A stretch of 64,000 nucleotides of DNA, taken from the NCBI RefSeq assembly GCF_006345805.1, contig NC_043012.1, positions 33,666,001 through 33,730,000 of the forward strand, read 5' to 3'. The DNA comes from Octopus sinensis. Taxonomy: Eukaryota. This document shows positions 51,501-64,000 of the stretch, one piece after another; positions within the stretch are counted from its first letter, which is position 1, and each line of letters opens with the position of its first letter. Position numbers and translations under genes: made by a program. The notes under the pieces were generated by a model. It searched no databases and was not told the DNA's origin. It was given only the letters and a program-made list of their open reading frames with translations.

Positions 51501-52624
51501 CAATTTCCAGCCATTGGCACCACTCAAACGTATACACTTTATTTTTCCTCTTGTTTACACTCCTACGTTACCCTTTATTATCATCTTTAATTCGCCTTGC
51601 GTTTACGCTGTTGCAGTGCCGTTCCAATGCCACAGGAGTGCTCAACAGTTGGTTCTGCCACTGGGCAAACTCTATAAGGATTGGTATATATATTACGCTG
51701 GCATAATCTACTTCAACATTATCTCCACACAGATAATAGTCTTGTTGCAACCCAGTCCTACTGTCCAATGTTGACAAACGATAGCACATTGTACATTGTT
51801 GCCAGGAGGAATCACAACCTGGCTGCTTACAGTTTCCAAGTGTTTCTCTTCCCGTGCTTATTTGTCCCCCGACGTTACTCATACACATTGATTTCTCAGT
51901 CTAACTGTTTTAGTTCCACGCCGTTTCTCTTCAATCTTACGAATGTCTTGTCTTATAACATATCGCCTCTTTATATTATTCTTGTTATATAAGCATTGAT
52001 TTAAGATGTGTCCCAGTTCAGCTTGTGCTGGCGTATCCCTTATCGTTATTTTTATCTCCAGATTGATCTCTGCTAAATTAGCTGCTTGCATCACGATCCA
52101 TTTATTTCCCATCAACAGAATTGGTCGGGTAACACGAACCCCACAGAATCCCGTAGCATAATGAAGCGGCAAGCTTTCGCTCCATTAAACTCCTCCACTA
52201 ACAACATTAAAAACTACTCAGCCCAGTTCCTATAAAGCATGGGAAACGGGTGTCGAATCAGTATCGTAGATTTTTGCTAAAACCCATAACTCTCTAAATG
52301 AGGCATCGTCACAGTATTTCATGCACTTGGAGGCCATGTTGCTTAAGCTGCACGTTAAATTTCCCTGCCAATCACCGTTTGGCAATGTCAGTTATTCTCT
52401 GCTTTAACTTGCTTTTGATCATAATATATTCAACAAATACACAGCTAAAGGATTATTCTGTTTATATATGGCTATATATACTTAAACATGCAAACCAAAC
52501 TCATAAATACGCGCATGTATCACACGCACACATACAGAGTCGCAAACACTCATATTACGAATATATATGAGTGTATGTGTGGATAAGAGCGGGAAAGAAC
52601 GGAAAGGAGAAAGAGGGCGGGGAA

Positions 52625-52666
<42 letters not shown>

Positions 52667-52675
52667 AGTGTGTGT

Positions 52676-52740
<65 letters not shown>

Positions 52741-54619
52741 CGGAGTAGTAGTCAATTTGAGGTAGCTGCAATACTAACATTCAATCTCCGTCCATGAAAA
52801 CTTAGAATTCATCTTATCCCTCGCGTTGCCAACCAATGTAAAGCTTGTAATTTGAATTCTATAATTCACTAGCTAATATAGTTTGCTTTTAGGGTGCAAA
52901 TATTGCTGCCGCTACCTCAAGTTGGCTGCGCATACACACACGTGCACACACATGCACACACACACACACACACACACACACCACACACACACACACTCAT
53001 ACACACACACACACCACAAGAAGACCAAATACTCACTTAAATGCACAATGCTGGGCAACAAGCACACCTGAAAAGCGTCATGTTACTTTTCATGTTCATA
53101 CGGCTGAACATTTAACAAGGACGGAAAGCGATAATTTTTGTTCATATTTAAATCTCTCTATCTGTTGAACAGGTATTAGGCTAGTATAGTAGTTTAAAAG
53201 AAAACAATAAGTGCAATCTTTTATGCATATGAATACGCATAAATGAGAATTGTATAAAAATTTAACTTCCAGCATGAAAGCTGTCAACTTTATGAATGTT
53301 ATCAGAACATTAAGAGTGCAATTGTGTCCTGCAGGCTGCTCATGCAGCTGCCGCTGCAACGTGAAGCGGTGACTTCACTAAAGTACATGTATCCACATAA
53401 CAAAACAAGTTATTGAAAACAGAAAACAAAGGAAGACAAACAACTGTTCTGTTCTCCGGAGTATGTTCTGCAAAACTTACAATGGAATCAATTCTAATAG
53501 CAAAAGAAAAAAAAATTTATTCAGATCCTAACACACAATTAAGGCATTATCAGATAACGTAAATAAAATCAGATAGCAGAATCTCAAAAATCCCAAGGCA
53601 TCTAATAAAAACAAGAGATGTAATGAATCACTTCATGTCTGTGCTGTGTTATTTCAAAGATTTTTACAAATATTGCAATTCCACCATAATGGTAGTATGG
53701 TAATAGCTCTGTTGATGTATGTCCTAATTTAACTTAGGGAAAATGCGAATGGTTGTCTGGTTAGCTATCAAATTCATGATTGTAAGTTCAATCCTTATTC
53801 TACACACCTGTCATTTATTTAGTATTTTTAGTCCTTATTATTACAACTATTATGTTTCTCTCTGTGCCGGTGAGCAAGGTACATAAAATTGTGTGTGTTT
53901 GTGTGTGTGTGTGTGTGTGTGTAAGTACGTTTTAGACGCTACAAGTAGATCAACGCAATCCTAAGGAATTTCAAGCGCTAAAACTATATACCTAATTACT
54001 AACTGTAACCGGTACTCAACCATAATTAGAAACCTCGAAAATGGTAATAATAGAAGACATTCTTATCTATCTCTTTACAGGAAGATTTTTCAATTATGCC
54101 ACTCATTACTCTAATGGTACACCAACAAAAAACTGACTTTATGACAAAAAAAAAAAGTATATAATAAATACCTCGTGCGTACTCGCAGAACCAAGAAGGG
54201 AATTATGAACTTGATCCCAGTTAAGTATTAGCTTCCGGTCCCTACGAAATTATCATTTGCCACATGCACAAAGATATCACAAGAAGAACGTTAAGGAACG
54301 CTACCGTTCCTTCGATCACATCGCCAGCCAGATGTCACAGCAAAATCTAAAGCACTTCCGGTCGTTCTTCTTCTTCTTCCCAACAGTCAATTTACAGTTG
54401 TAAAACTGCCCAGAGCTGCCAACTCTCTAAAACAGTAATAAATTGGACAAATATAAAGTCTGCCGCTTGTATTGACAATAACTTACCTTTAGAATCATAC
54501 ATAATAGCACGTACGCTCATTCAGTTTCAAAGACTGATTTGATTTCGTTTTTCTATTTAAATATGTCTGAATATTATGAGATGGTGCAATTGCAAACGTC
54601 CTTCTGACCCGAAATATCT

Positions 54620-54848
54620 GTTTCTTTATTGCCCACAAGGGGCTAAACATAGAGGGGACAAACAAGGACAGACAAACGGATTAAGTCGATTATATCGACC
54701 CCAGTGCGTAACTGGTACTTAATTTATCGACCCCGAAAGGATGAAAGGCAAAGTCGACCTCGGCGGAATTTGAACTCAGAACGTAACGGCAGACGAAATA
54801 CGGCTACGCATTTCGCCCGATATGCTAACGGTTCTGCCAGCTCGCCGC
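54620..54848 (-). mobile_element. SINE family I, full length, with 19-bp TSD
   Basis: CTTCTGACCCGAAATATCT occurs at 54601-54619 and 54849-54867. Confidence 0.9.
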
Positions 54849-55617
54849 CTTCTGACCCGAAATATCTTAGACAGGGTATGCTCAATTGTGTCATGCTTAT
54901 CAGAAACTGATCTGTGTTAGCACGGGTTGACGACCAGTTATAGATTCTGCTCGGACTGCAAAAGCGCGCCTCATCGACCATCCACAATGCTTAGGACAAT
55001 CTAGGATCTCAGAACGAAACCTATTTCTTCCAGATGTTCCATTATTCATTTATCACGGGTTCATTTAACACTGTGTTGGTTTAGGGTTTGTTTTTTTAAC
55101 CAAACACTCGTGATAAACAAGACTACATGTAATATGATATGATCACTAAGATCGTAGAATAGAAAATTTAAAAATTTCCCTTTCTGTCATCCTAGATCAT
55201 TAACCTGCTGTTCCTTCCTTTCCGTATCAGTAGCCCGCTGTCAAGTCTCACGTTGTTAACTTGGAGTACTTTTAGGACATTTTACAGTCACCCACCTGAA
55301 CTGCTATTGACTAATGGAAAATCGATCTAACCATTGATCACCAGTAGCTGATACCAAGCTATTGATCATTTTGCTGCTTGAACGATCACACATGCTAAGA
55401 AACACTAAGGAGCGGCCAATGAATCATCAGCTTTTTTCTAAATGAATAAACTCTACAACAAATATTGAGAACGTTTTCTTTTATTTATAACACCAAAAAC
55501 ATTTTGCACATATATATATATATATATACATGTGTGTGTGTATGTGTGTGTGTGTGTCTGTGTATACATACTCTAACACATAAACACATATAGACACACA
55601 CACGCAGATATACATAC

Positions 55618-55678
<61 letters not shown>

Positions 55679-55785
55679 ATTTATATGTATTATATGTATG
55701 TATATATATACGTATGTGTATATAATATATATATGTGTGTATATATATATATATTATATACATATATATATGTGTATATATATAC

Positions 55786-55816
<31 letters not shown>

Positions 55817-56582
55817 ATAAATATATATACATACATATATATATGGTATATCTCTATGAACACGTACATAACCACATGATGGATTGAGACCATTTACAAA
55901 GTATCACTTACCATTGGCTGCCTCACCAAATTTACTCTGAATCTCAAAGTATCTGTGACGACACTAAAACAAAGAAATTCTCTAGAGAATATTTCGCTCT
56001 GTCTTGGCAGCTTCACTCTTACCAATTCCTTCATAAACAACATTCAATACATTTTATATCATCTCTCTCCCTCTCCCTCTCTCTTCTTAACACCCTCTTT
56101 ACTCTCATCCTTTATTATCTCCCTTTACCTCTTTTTACTTTCTTCTCACCTTTCCTTCGTCACCCTCTCTCTTTCTCTCACTTTTCCTCCCCCTGCTCTT
56201 CTCTTCAAACTCTTATTTCACCTGACTAGAATAGAATGGACAAAGCAATTATTTATTAAAGAGATGTTTATAGACTGGACGAGGGTGCGGTGGGGGAGGG
56301 TGATTGAATTTGTTTCTCCTGTGCAATAACATATAACCCCATCGTCCCTATACATGCCTCCACCGCCAATACTGTCACTTCATGCATTCATCTTTCTTCT
56401 CATTAACCTCACCCCCTCCCTCGACCTGCGACCCCCAAAACTGAATGATGAATGTCTACCTTTCATTGCTTTATAGTCATGTGTCATGAAGATAACCAAT
56501 GTTGAAGCAATAAGGACACAAATGTGTGCGTATACATCTGTGATATGTGTAAGTATCACACACACACACACGCGCGTATATG

Positions 56583-56624
<42 letters not shown>

Positions 56625-56625
<1 letters not shown>

Positions 56626-56850
56626 TTTATTTTAAGCAGCAGAAAATTCAACAAAATCTGTTACTCTGAGTTTCTCGTTGCCGTTCATCAGACAGTTTTT
56701 GCAAAAACTGTCTGATGAACGGCAACGAGAAACTCAGAGTAACAGATTTTGTTGAATTTTCTGCTACTTAAAATAAAGCATATTACTCTACCACTGGTAT
56801 TTGAGTACTCTTTTTTCCACCTTGTTTCACATTTATGTGTTTACTCCGGT
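56625..56850 (+). mobile_element. HHR family 2 element with a 154-bp spacerless palindrome (56625-56778)
   Basis: 77-bp arms with 1 mismatch (56637/56766). The unique 3' extension is homologous to 23867-23937. (TA)n flanks. Confidence 0.88.
56708..56745 (+). ncRNA. Minimal type-I hammerhead (mirror copy on the minus strand at 56658-56695)
   Basis: CTGT-CTGATGA-A-CG(GCAA)CG-A-GAAAC-TC-A-GA-GTA^-ACAG. GNRA loop; stem III ACTC/GAGT. Confidence 0.78.
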
Positions 56851-57084
56851 ATATATATATATATACACATACATATATATACATATATATACACATACAT
56901 ATATATACATATATATACATATATATACACATACATATATATACATATATATATATGTATATATATTTGTATATATGTACATGCGCATAAATATTCGTGT
57001 ATAAATCTATATACATGTATATATAGCTTTGCGCCTCGATATATGTCTATATATACACACACACACACAAATATACGTATGTGC

Positions 57085-57352
57085 ATACATACATACATAC
57101 ACATATACATACATACATACCTACGTACGTATGCACGCACGCACATACATACATACATACACACATGCATACATACATACATACATACATGCATGCATGC
57201 ATACATACATACATACATACATACATACATACATACGTACGTACATACATACATACTACATACATACATACATACATACACACATGCATACATACATACA
57301 TGCATGCATACATACATACATACATACATGCATGCATGCATACATACATACA

Positions 57353-57386
<34 letters not shown>

Positions 57387-57452
57387 CATACATACATATA
57401 TACATACATACATACATACATACATACATACATACGTACGTACGTACGTACA

Positions 57453-57486
<34 letters not shown>

Positions 57487-57936
57487 CATACATACATATA
57501 TACATACATACATACATACATACATACATACATACATACATACGTACGTACATACATACATACATACATACATGCATACATACATACATACATACATACA
57601 TACGTACGTACATACATACATACATACATACATACATACATACATACATACATACATACATACACACATGCATACATACATACATGCATGCATACATACA
57701 TACATACATACATGCATGCATGCATACATACATACATACATACATACTTACATACATACATACATACATACATATATACATACATACATATATACATACA
57801 TACATACATACATACATACATACATACGTACGTACGTACATACATACATACATACATACATGCATGCATACATACATACATACATACATACATACATACA
57901 TACATACATACAAACATACATACATACATGCATGCA

Positions 57937-57970
<34 letters not shown>

Positions 57971-58132
57971 CATACATACATATATACATACATACATACA
58001 TGCATACATACATACATACATGCATACATACATACATACATACATACATACATACATACATACATACATACATGCATACATACATACATACATACATGCA
58101 TACATACATACATACATACATATATACATACA

Positions 58133-58164
<32 letters not shown>

Positions 58165-58621
58165 CACATACATACATACATACATACATACATACATACA
58201 TACATACAACACATGCATGCACATACATACATACATACATACATACATACATACATACATACATACATACATACATACATACATGCAACATACATACATA
58301 CATACATACATACATACATACATACATACATACATACATTACACATACATACATACATACATACATACATACATACATACATCATACATACATACATACA
58401 TACATACATACATACATACATACATACATACATAATACATACATACATACATACATATACATACATACACATATACATACATACATACATACATACATAC
58501 ATACATACATACATAATACATACATACATACAACATACATACATACATACATACATACATACATACATGCATGCATACATACATACATACATACATACAT
58601 GCATACATACATACATACATG

Positions 58622-58653
<32 letters not shown>

Positions 58654-58735
58654 CATACATACATACATACATACATACATACATACATACATACATGCAT
58701 ACATACATACATACATACATACATACATACATGCA

Positions 58736-58767
<32 letters not shown>

Positions 58768-59310
58768 CACATATATACATACATACATACATACATACAT
58801 ACATACATAATACATACATACATACATACATACATGCATACATACATACATACATACATACATGCATACATACATACATACATACATACATACATAATAC
58901 ATACATACATACATACATACATACATACATACATACATGCATACATACATACATACATACATACATAATACATACATACATGCATACATACATACATACA
59001 TACATACATACATACATGCATACATACATGCATGCATACATACATACATACATACATACATACATACATGCATGCATGCATACATACATACATACATACA
59101 TGCATGCATACATACATGCATGCATACATACATACATACATACATACATACATACATACATGCATACATACATACATACATAACATACATAATGCATACA
59201 TACATACATACATACATACATACATACATACATACATACATACATACATACATACATACATACATACATACATACATACATACATACATACATACATGCA
59301 TACATACATA
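57085..59310. repeat. About 2.2-kb (CATA)n tetranucleotide array with CATG/CGTA variants
   Basis: Direct reading. It is the source of the 300-845 aa HTYI/MYVC pseudo-ORFs. Confidence 0.97.
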
Positions 59311-61429
59311 TGGTAGCTATACCTAATATTTCGAATGTGATCACTCACTACTCCGTATGAGTCCCACTCAAGTTTCATGAGTTCTCAAGGTGACCTCTGA
59401 AACCTGCCAACGAGCGGTACCCTTTAATATTTATCGTTGACTGCAGCTACATGAAGTTTATTGCTAAAGAGATTTTTGACATAACTGCTTGTTTACTCGA
59501 ATGTTTGTGACCGGCGAAGAGAGACAAACTCGTCGACATGCAGCTCATATGTACTGAAGCATATTGCAAGGGGAGATAACTTGTTCAAACAGTATACTAG
59601 CAGTACGCTTGGATGCACTGGCTCGGGAATGAAATTTGCTTAGGAGGTGCAAACCCATGTCCAAAAATATTTACAAACAAGGTCTTTTTTTTTTTTTTTG
59701 TTATTTGTGTGTTTTGTTCTTTGAGAAGGAACCTAACTTCAAGCTACTTTTTACACACCACATTTTATTTACCGTTTTCTAAACCCGAGGAAAATAAGTA
59801 GGGCTATAAAAAATTTGGGTTCTGCACTCCGCAAAAATACTAGAGGGTGTGCTTTCACCACCTGCGCACCCTGTTCTCGGGTCCATGCTTGGATGTGACA
59901 TAACGAATATGATTTTTGGTTTCAAATCTTTCGATTCCTCTAGTTTTATTCTCTCCAACTTTTTGCCTGACATTCCCAGTCATCCAAAGAAATTTAATAT
60001 TCTGTTAGGTAAAACTCAGAGCATTCCTTAAATCTGCACTTCGCTTTTAAAGCACTGCGGTACCATTCTGTAATTCTTCATGGCATATTATTTCGAAATT
60101 TGTGAATCGTCCATTGGAGCAAGATGGAGAGTTCAACGGTGACAGTTCTCTATATTTGACAACATTGCTCTATCAAGAACTTCGGTTTTTTGGAGTATGT
60201 GACTTTCAACAAGTGCAACAGCATAAGTTGCAGATACCTTTAAGGAAACCATTCATTATTTGATCTGATTTTTATAGATAACCCATGGTTCACTAATTTA
60301 TAAGGAAACTGTCAAAACATGCTTTATATATAGAGATTTTATTGACCATTTTTGTGTTAAGTTTCAGGAATTGAAAACGACGCCTTTTCAATGCAAAGAG
60401 AAATCCCATTGACTAGGGTACATCCCATTGACTAGAGTACATCTATAAATATGTAAGCTACTAAGGAATACAAGTGAGTAAATTACTTGCAAAGATTCCC
60501 CGGTGATTAGAACGGAGGACTTAAGGGACATTAGGGGCAGGTTCAAGCTAAATCATAATCTTTGGAGTGGGGGTCATCGAGTCCGTGTGTCAAGCAAGAA
60601 TAAGAGAAGTGATTCACGCAATGATTGCTTTTGAGTGTCAGTATATATGAATATGAAGCAGTCATCGATATTTAAGAGGTTTCCGATTAGAGCGGTTGAA
60701 AATTATAAGTCTTTGTAAGTTGTATACTTTGCCTGAAGTACAATATTTAATACAGATATCACCTGGGCCATCTTCGAGTTCTACGAAAAAAGCATTTTCT
60801 AGAGATCATATTTAGCATTCGTCTTTCTGTCTTTTACTTCATCGTGATCCGGGTACTGCATGTTCTGTGAGAGCATGTCAATCGATTTCAAATAATTCCG
60901 GAGAGTTTCCCCAACAACAGACAGTAATATACCTCTATAATAAATTGCATACGGAAGGAAATCAGAATTACGTCTTTCCAATCCCGGCGCGGAAGTCAAT
61001 TTCCCACGCCTCATAAGGAGCTACCATTAGAAGTTCTAGTATTTTCATGCCTGAGTCCTTCAAAATATCAAGAATTAATTAAACCTTCCACCTCCATTCT
61101 AGAAACTTTGTTATTATACTTTTGACTCGGAAATCTTAATTTCTTGACTAATGAGAACAGCATTAAAATGGTAGGTAAAGCCATGTTGTTCCCATCAGGA
61201 GTTCTGGATTTACAACTGAGGTTTTGGATGAAAGATTAGAAATACTCATATTCTTGAATGGAATTCTACTGAGCCTGAGATGAAAACTTTGGAGTAAGGG
61301 GATTCTAAAAAAGCAGATGTTTCGTTTTTATTTTATATAGCTATATATATACATACATACGTTCATACAAACACATACATACATACAAACACAGGCACAA
61401 ATATAAAAATATACATATCTCTGTCTTCC

Positions 61430-61592
61430 TTTTCTATTGGACTTTCGTCTGTCTCCTGTTTCTGAAGAAGAGCTTTGCTCGAAACGTAAAACCACTTTGC
61501 TTTCCTGAGAGTCGGCTAATACTTTACATGTACCACGTACTCGCGTTGTTGTTTTTTTTGTGCCTGTTCTTCGTTTTTTTCATTTACTATGT

Positions 61593-61595
<3 letters not shown>
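61430..61595 (+). mobile_element. HHR-bearing repeat family 1B with an intact hammerhead at 61458-61492
   Basis: GTTT-CTGAAGA-A-GAGC(TTT)GCTC-GAAAC-GTA^-AAAC. The 3' end is at (TA)n. Confidence 0.8.
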
Positions 61596-61670
<75 letters not shown>

Positions 61671-61702
61671 TATATATATATAGATATATATATGTATATA
61701 TA

Positions 61703-61772
<70 letters not shown>

Positions 61773-62178
61773 TTGTATTATCCTTGTTACTTATTGCTTT
61801 TTATTCACCTAATTTCGAGCAGTGTGGACCATACCGGATTGACTTGGTGCTTCAACTTAAGTCCCCAATTCAAGTGAATTGACGAGCCAACAACATTAGT
61901 AAAGTCCTTGAAGGAAGGCAGAAGAAGGCGAAGTAGACAATAACCCACCCACATTCACGCAAACACTTAGCTTTACAGTAAATATGATGCAAGAAACCAA
62001 GCGATTTATATTTTATAAATAGACTGGTAAGGATTTCAAACTTTGGCTCAAGGCCAGAAATTTACGTTGAATCAATTCACCATTGCTTAGTTTATCAATC
62101 TCGCTGGCAAAGTCCGTCTTGGTGGCATTTTGGGCTCGGAATCTAAAGAGACACCCTGAGGTCTGCCATCTGCAGCCC

Positions 62179-62211
<33 letters not shown>

Positions 62212-62231
62212 TAATAATAATAATAATAATA

Positions 62232-62272
<41 letters not shown>

Positions 62273-62283
62273 AATAATAATAA

Positions 62284-62353
<70 letters not shown>

Positions 62354-62436
62354 TATAATAATAATAATAATGATGATGATGATGATGATGATGATAATAA
62401 TAATAATAATAACAGCTACAATAATAATAATAATAA
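62179..62436. repeat. Compound (AAT)n/(ATG)n microsatellite
   Basis: Direct reading. Confidence 0.95.
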
Positions 62437-62984
62437 TGCAGTACTAGGCAGTGGCTCTCATGGCTTCTGATCTTAACTGGTTGGAAGTGTTATCATGTAC
62501 ATTGTTTTGTCTTGGTATAAAAGATGGGCTACAGCAAATATTCTGCTCAATACCACAGATTTGTATGTCACTTGTTTGACCGTAACCAGTTGAGCATGTC
62601 CCTTAGTGGCTGACGATATGTGCATCTCTGACCATGAGCAGAAGTAGTGGGGGAGCATCATAGCCATGTGTTGAGAGGGAGTCTTTGGGGTTTGAATAAT
62701 TCACCTCTGGGTGCTTCGTTCAACATCCTTAAACAACCCTTATTCAGGGACATCTTGAGCGGGATGGGCTACTCGACCGGAAGAACATTCTAACTGGGCC
62801 CCATCTGCAAGGTCATGTGCTGTTTATCTTGATATGAGATCACCATGTCGCGCACATATGATTGTGATGCATGTCTCTGGTGTACCCTTATCAGACGGGT
62901 AGTCATGATAGGTATACTGGGCCTCGTATATTTCACCCCAGTGTCACTTTAATGGCATGCACTGCTCTTTCACTCAATCATGAT

Positions 62985-63150
62985 CATTATCATCATCATC
63001 GTTTAGCGTCCGCTTTCCATGCTAGAATGGGTTGGACGGTTCGACCGGGGTCTGGGAAGGCAGATGGCTGCACCAGGCTCCAGTCTGATCTGGCAGTGTT
63101 TCTACGGCTGGATGCCCTTCCTAACGCCAACCATTCCGTGAGTGTAGTGC
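62985..63150 (-). mobile_element. 3' part of an RTE-tailed SINE/LINE
   Basis: Minus strand: TGGTTGGCGTTAGGAAGGGCATCCAGCCGTAG...CATGGAAAGCGGACGCTAAAC followed by a (GAT)n tail. Confidence 0.65.
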
Positions 63151-63894
63151 CAACCACTCAATAATAGTGCCAACCACTCAATAATAATAATAATACATTC
63201 GTCGGCCACAACGCGCTATACGAAAGAATGATGAAATATATGGTGATGTGTGTGTATCTGTGTGTTTGTGTGTGTGTGTGTGAGCGCGCGTGTGTGTGAG
63301 CGCGCGTGTGTATGAGCGCGCGTGTGTGTGCGCGTGTGTAGTGTTAGGTACTCGTTTCTTCGAAGTTGTACCGTTAAAACTGCTTTTTCTAGGCAATGGT
63401 TGTAATATGAAATTCTATCTATTACATATATTTTTACTTAGCTACGTATTGTAGTTCAGTTTAGGTGCAGGAGATAGCAGTAAATACAGGTGTAATAAGA
63501 AGAGAAGGATGGGGGATGGTAAAGTATAGACTGAACGATCAGAAGAGAGGAAATAGGGTGCGGTTAATGTATGTGCTGCGAGTTAATTCAAGCGTGGAGT
63601 AAATAACATTCCTATTGTATTAATATATTTCGAGTAAAGTTCACCAGTGATAATAGGAAGTGACTGACTGCTACTTATCTTTTGTATTTGCTTAAAGAGG
63701 ATGATGTAAACAAACACAGTATAATGGAAGAGTTTGGGGGCCAAAGATATTCAGCTTTGGGAGTTTGCGCTCGAGAACTGTTTAGGTTTATAATATCATA
63801 TTGAACTTTGATCGCGGTGACTGCAAGAAAAAATGAGTTTTGAATTTCTATTCACTAATTGTGTATAATATCCCGCACTTTTCTGATGTACAAC

Positions 63895-64000
63895 TCTTTT
63901 ACTTGTTTCAGTACCGGAGCACCGCCTTTAGTCGAGCAAATCGACCCCCAGGACTTATTTTTTGTAAGCCTAGTACTTATTCCATCGGTCTCTTTTGCCG
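63895..64000 (-). mobile_element. SINE family II, 3' end (cut by the window edge)
   Basis: TTTTACTTGTTTCAG...GAGCACCGCCTTTAGTCGAGCAAATCGACCCC. Confidence 0.8.

Noticed and set aside
56749-59378. ORFs of 320-845 aa (HTYI/MYVC repeats) and the many short YI/CV/HT/RE-rich ORFs across the window
   Set aside because: They are translations of (CATA)n, (TA)n, (CA)n and (GA)n microsatellites that lack stop codons, with no protein-like content.
59360-59395. Minus-strand TTGAGAA-CTCAT-GAAAC-TTGA-GTG
   Set aside because: There is no stem II and the cleavage triplet would be GUG.
59780-60240. Coding-like minus-strand stretch
   Set aside because: Multiple stops and no recognisable domain. It may be an old transposase but cannot be supported without a search.

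Overview
AT-rich, microsatellite-saturated eukaryotic DNA with one 100-N gap (18171-18270). The SINE families and repeat landscape suggest an octopus or other coleoid cephalopod; this is inference from pattern, with no database check. I found no confident host exons, and the long ORFs in the track are microsatellite artefacts. Recognisable coding remnants are all decayed transposons: a Penelope-like RT-thumb/GIY-YIG end, two Tc1 elements, mariner 5' ends, an R4/Dong-type LINE 3' end and an RTE endonuclease fragment. There are also many tRNA-derived SINEs and two MITEs. The main unexplained signal is about 20 type-I hammerhead ribozyme (HHR) motifs from roughly 8 unrelated sequence families, found by reading both strands, of which about 9 have essentially intact cores. 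They lie in short non-coding units that are mostly next to (TA)n and often carry a 5' inverted duplication. At 23.9-26.4 kb four HHR families are packed together. These include a tandem pair of U3-A8 variant hammerheads 359 nt apart in a long rod-like fold, a 470-nt tandem unit, and a 510-nt terminally redundant unit. Together these look like Penelope-dependent retrozyme-like (circular-RNA-forming) elements. All structure calls are manual pairing, not computed folds, and repeat boundaries are approximate unless TSDs are given.
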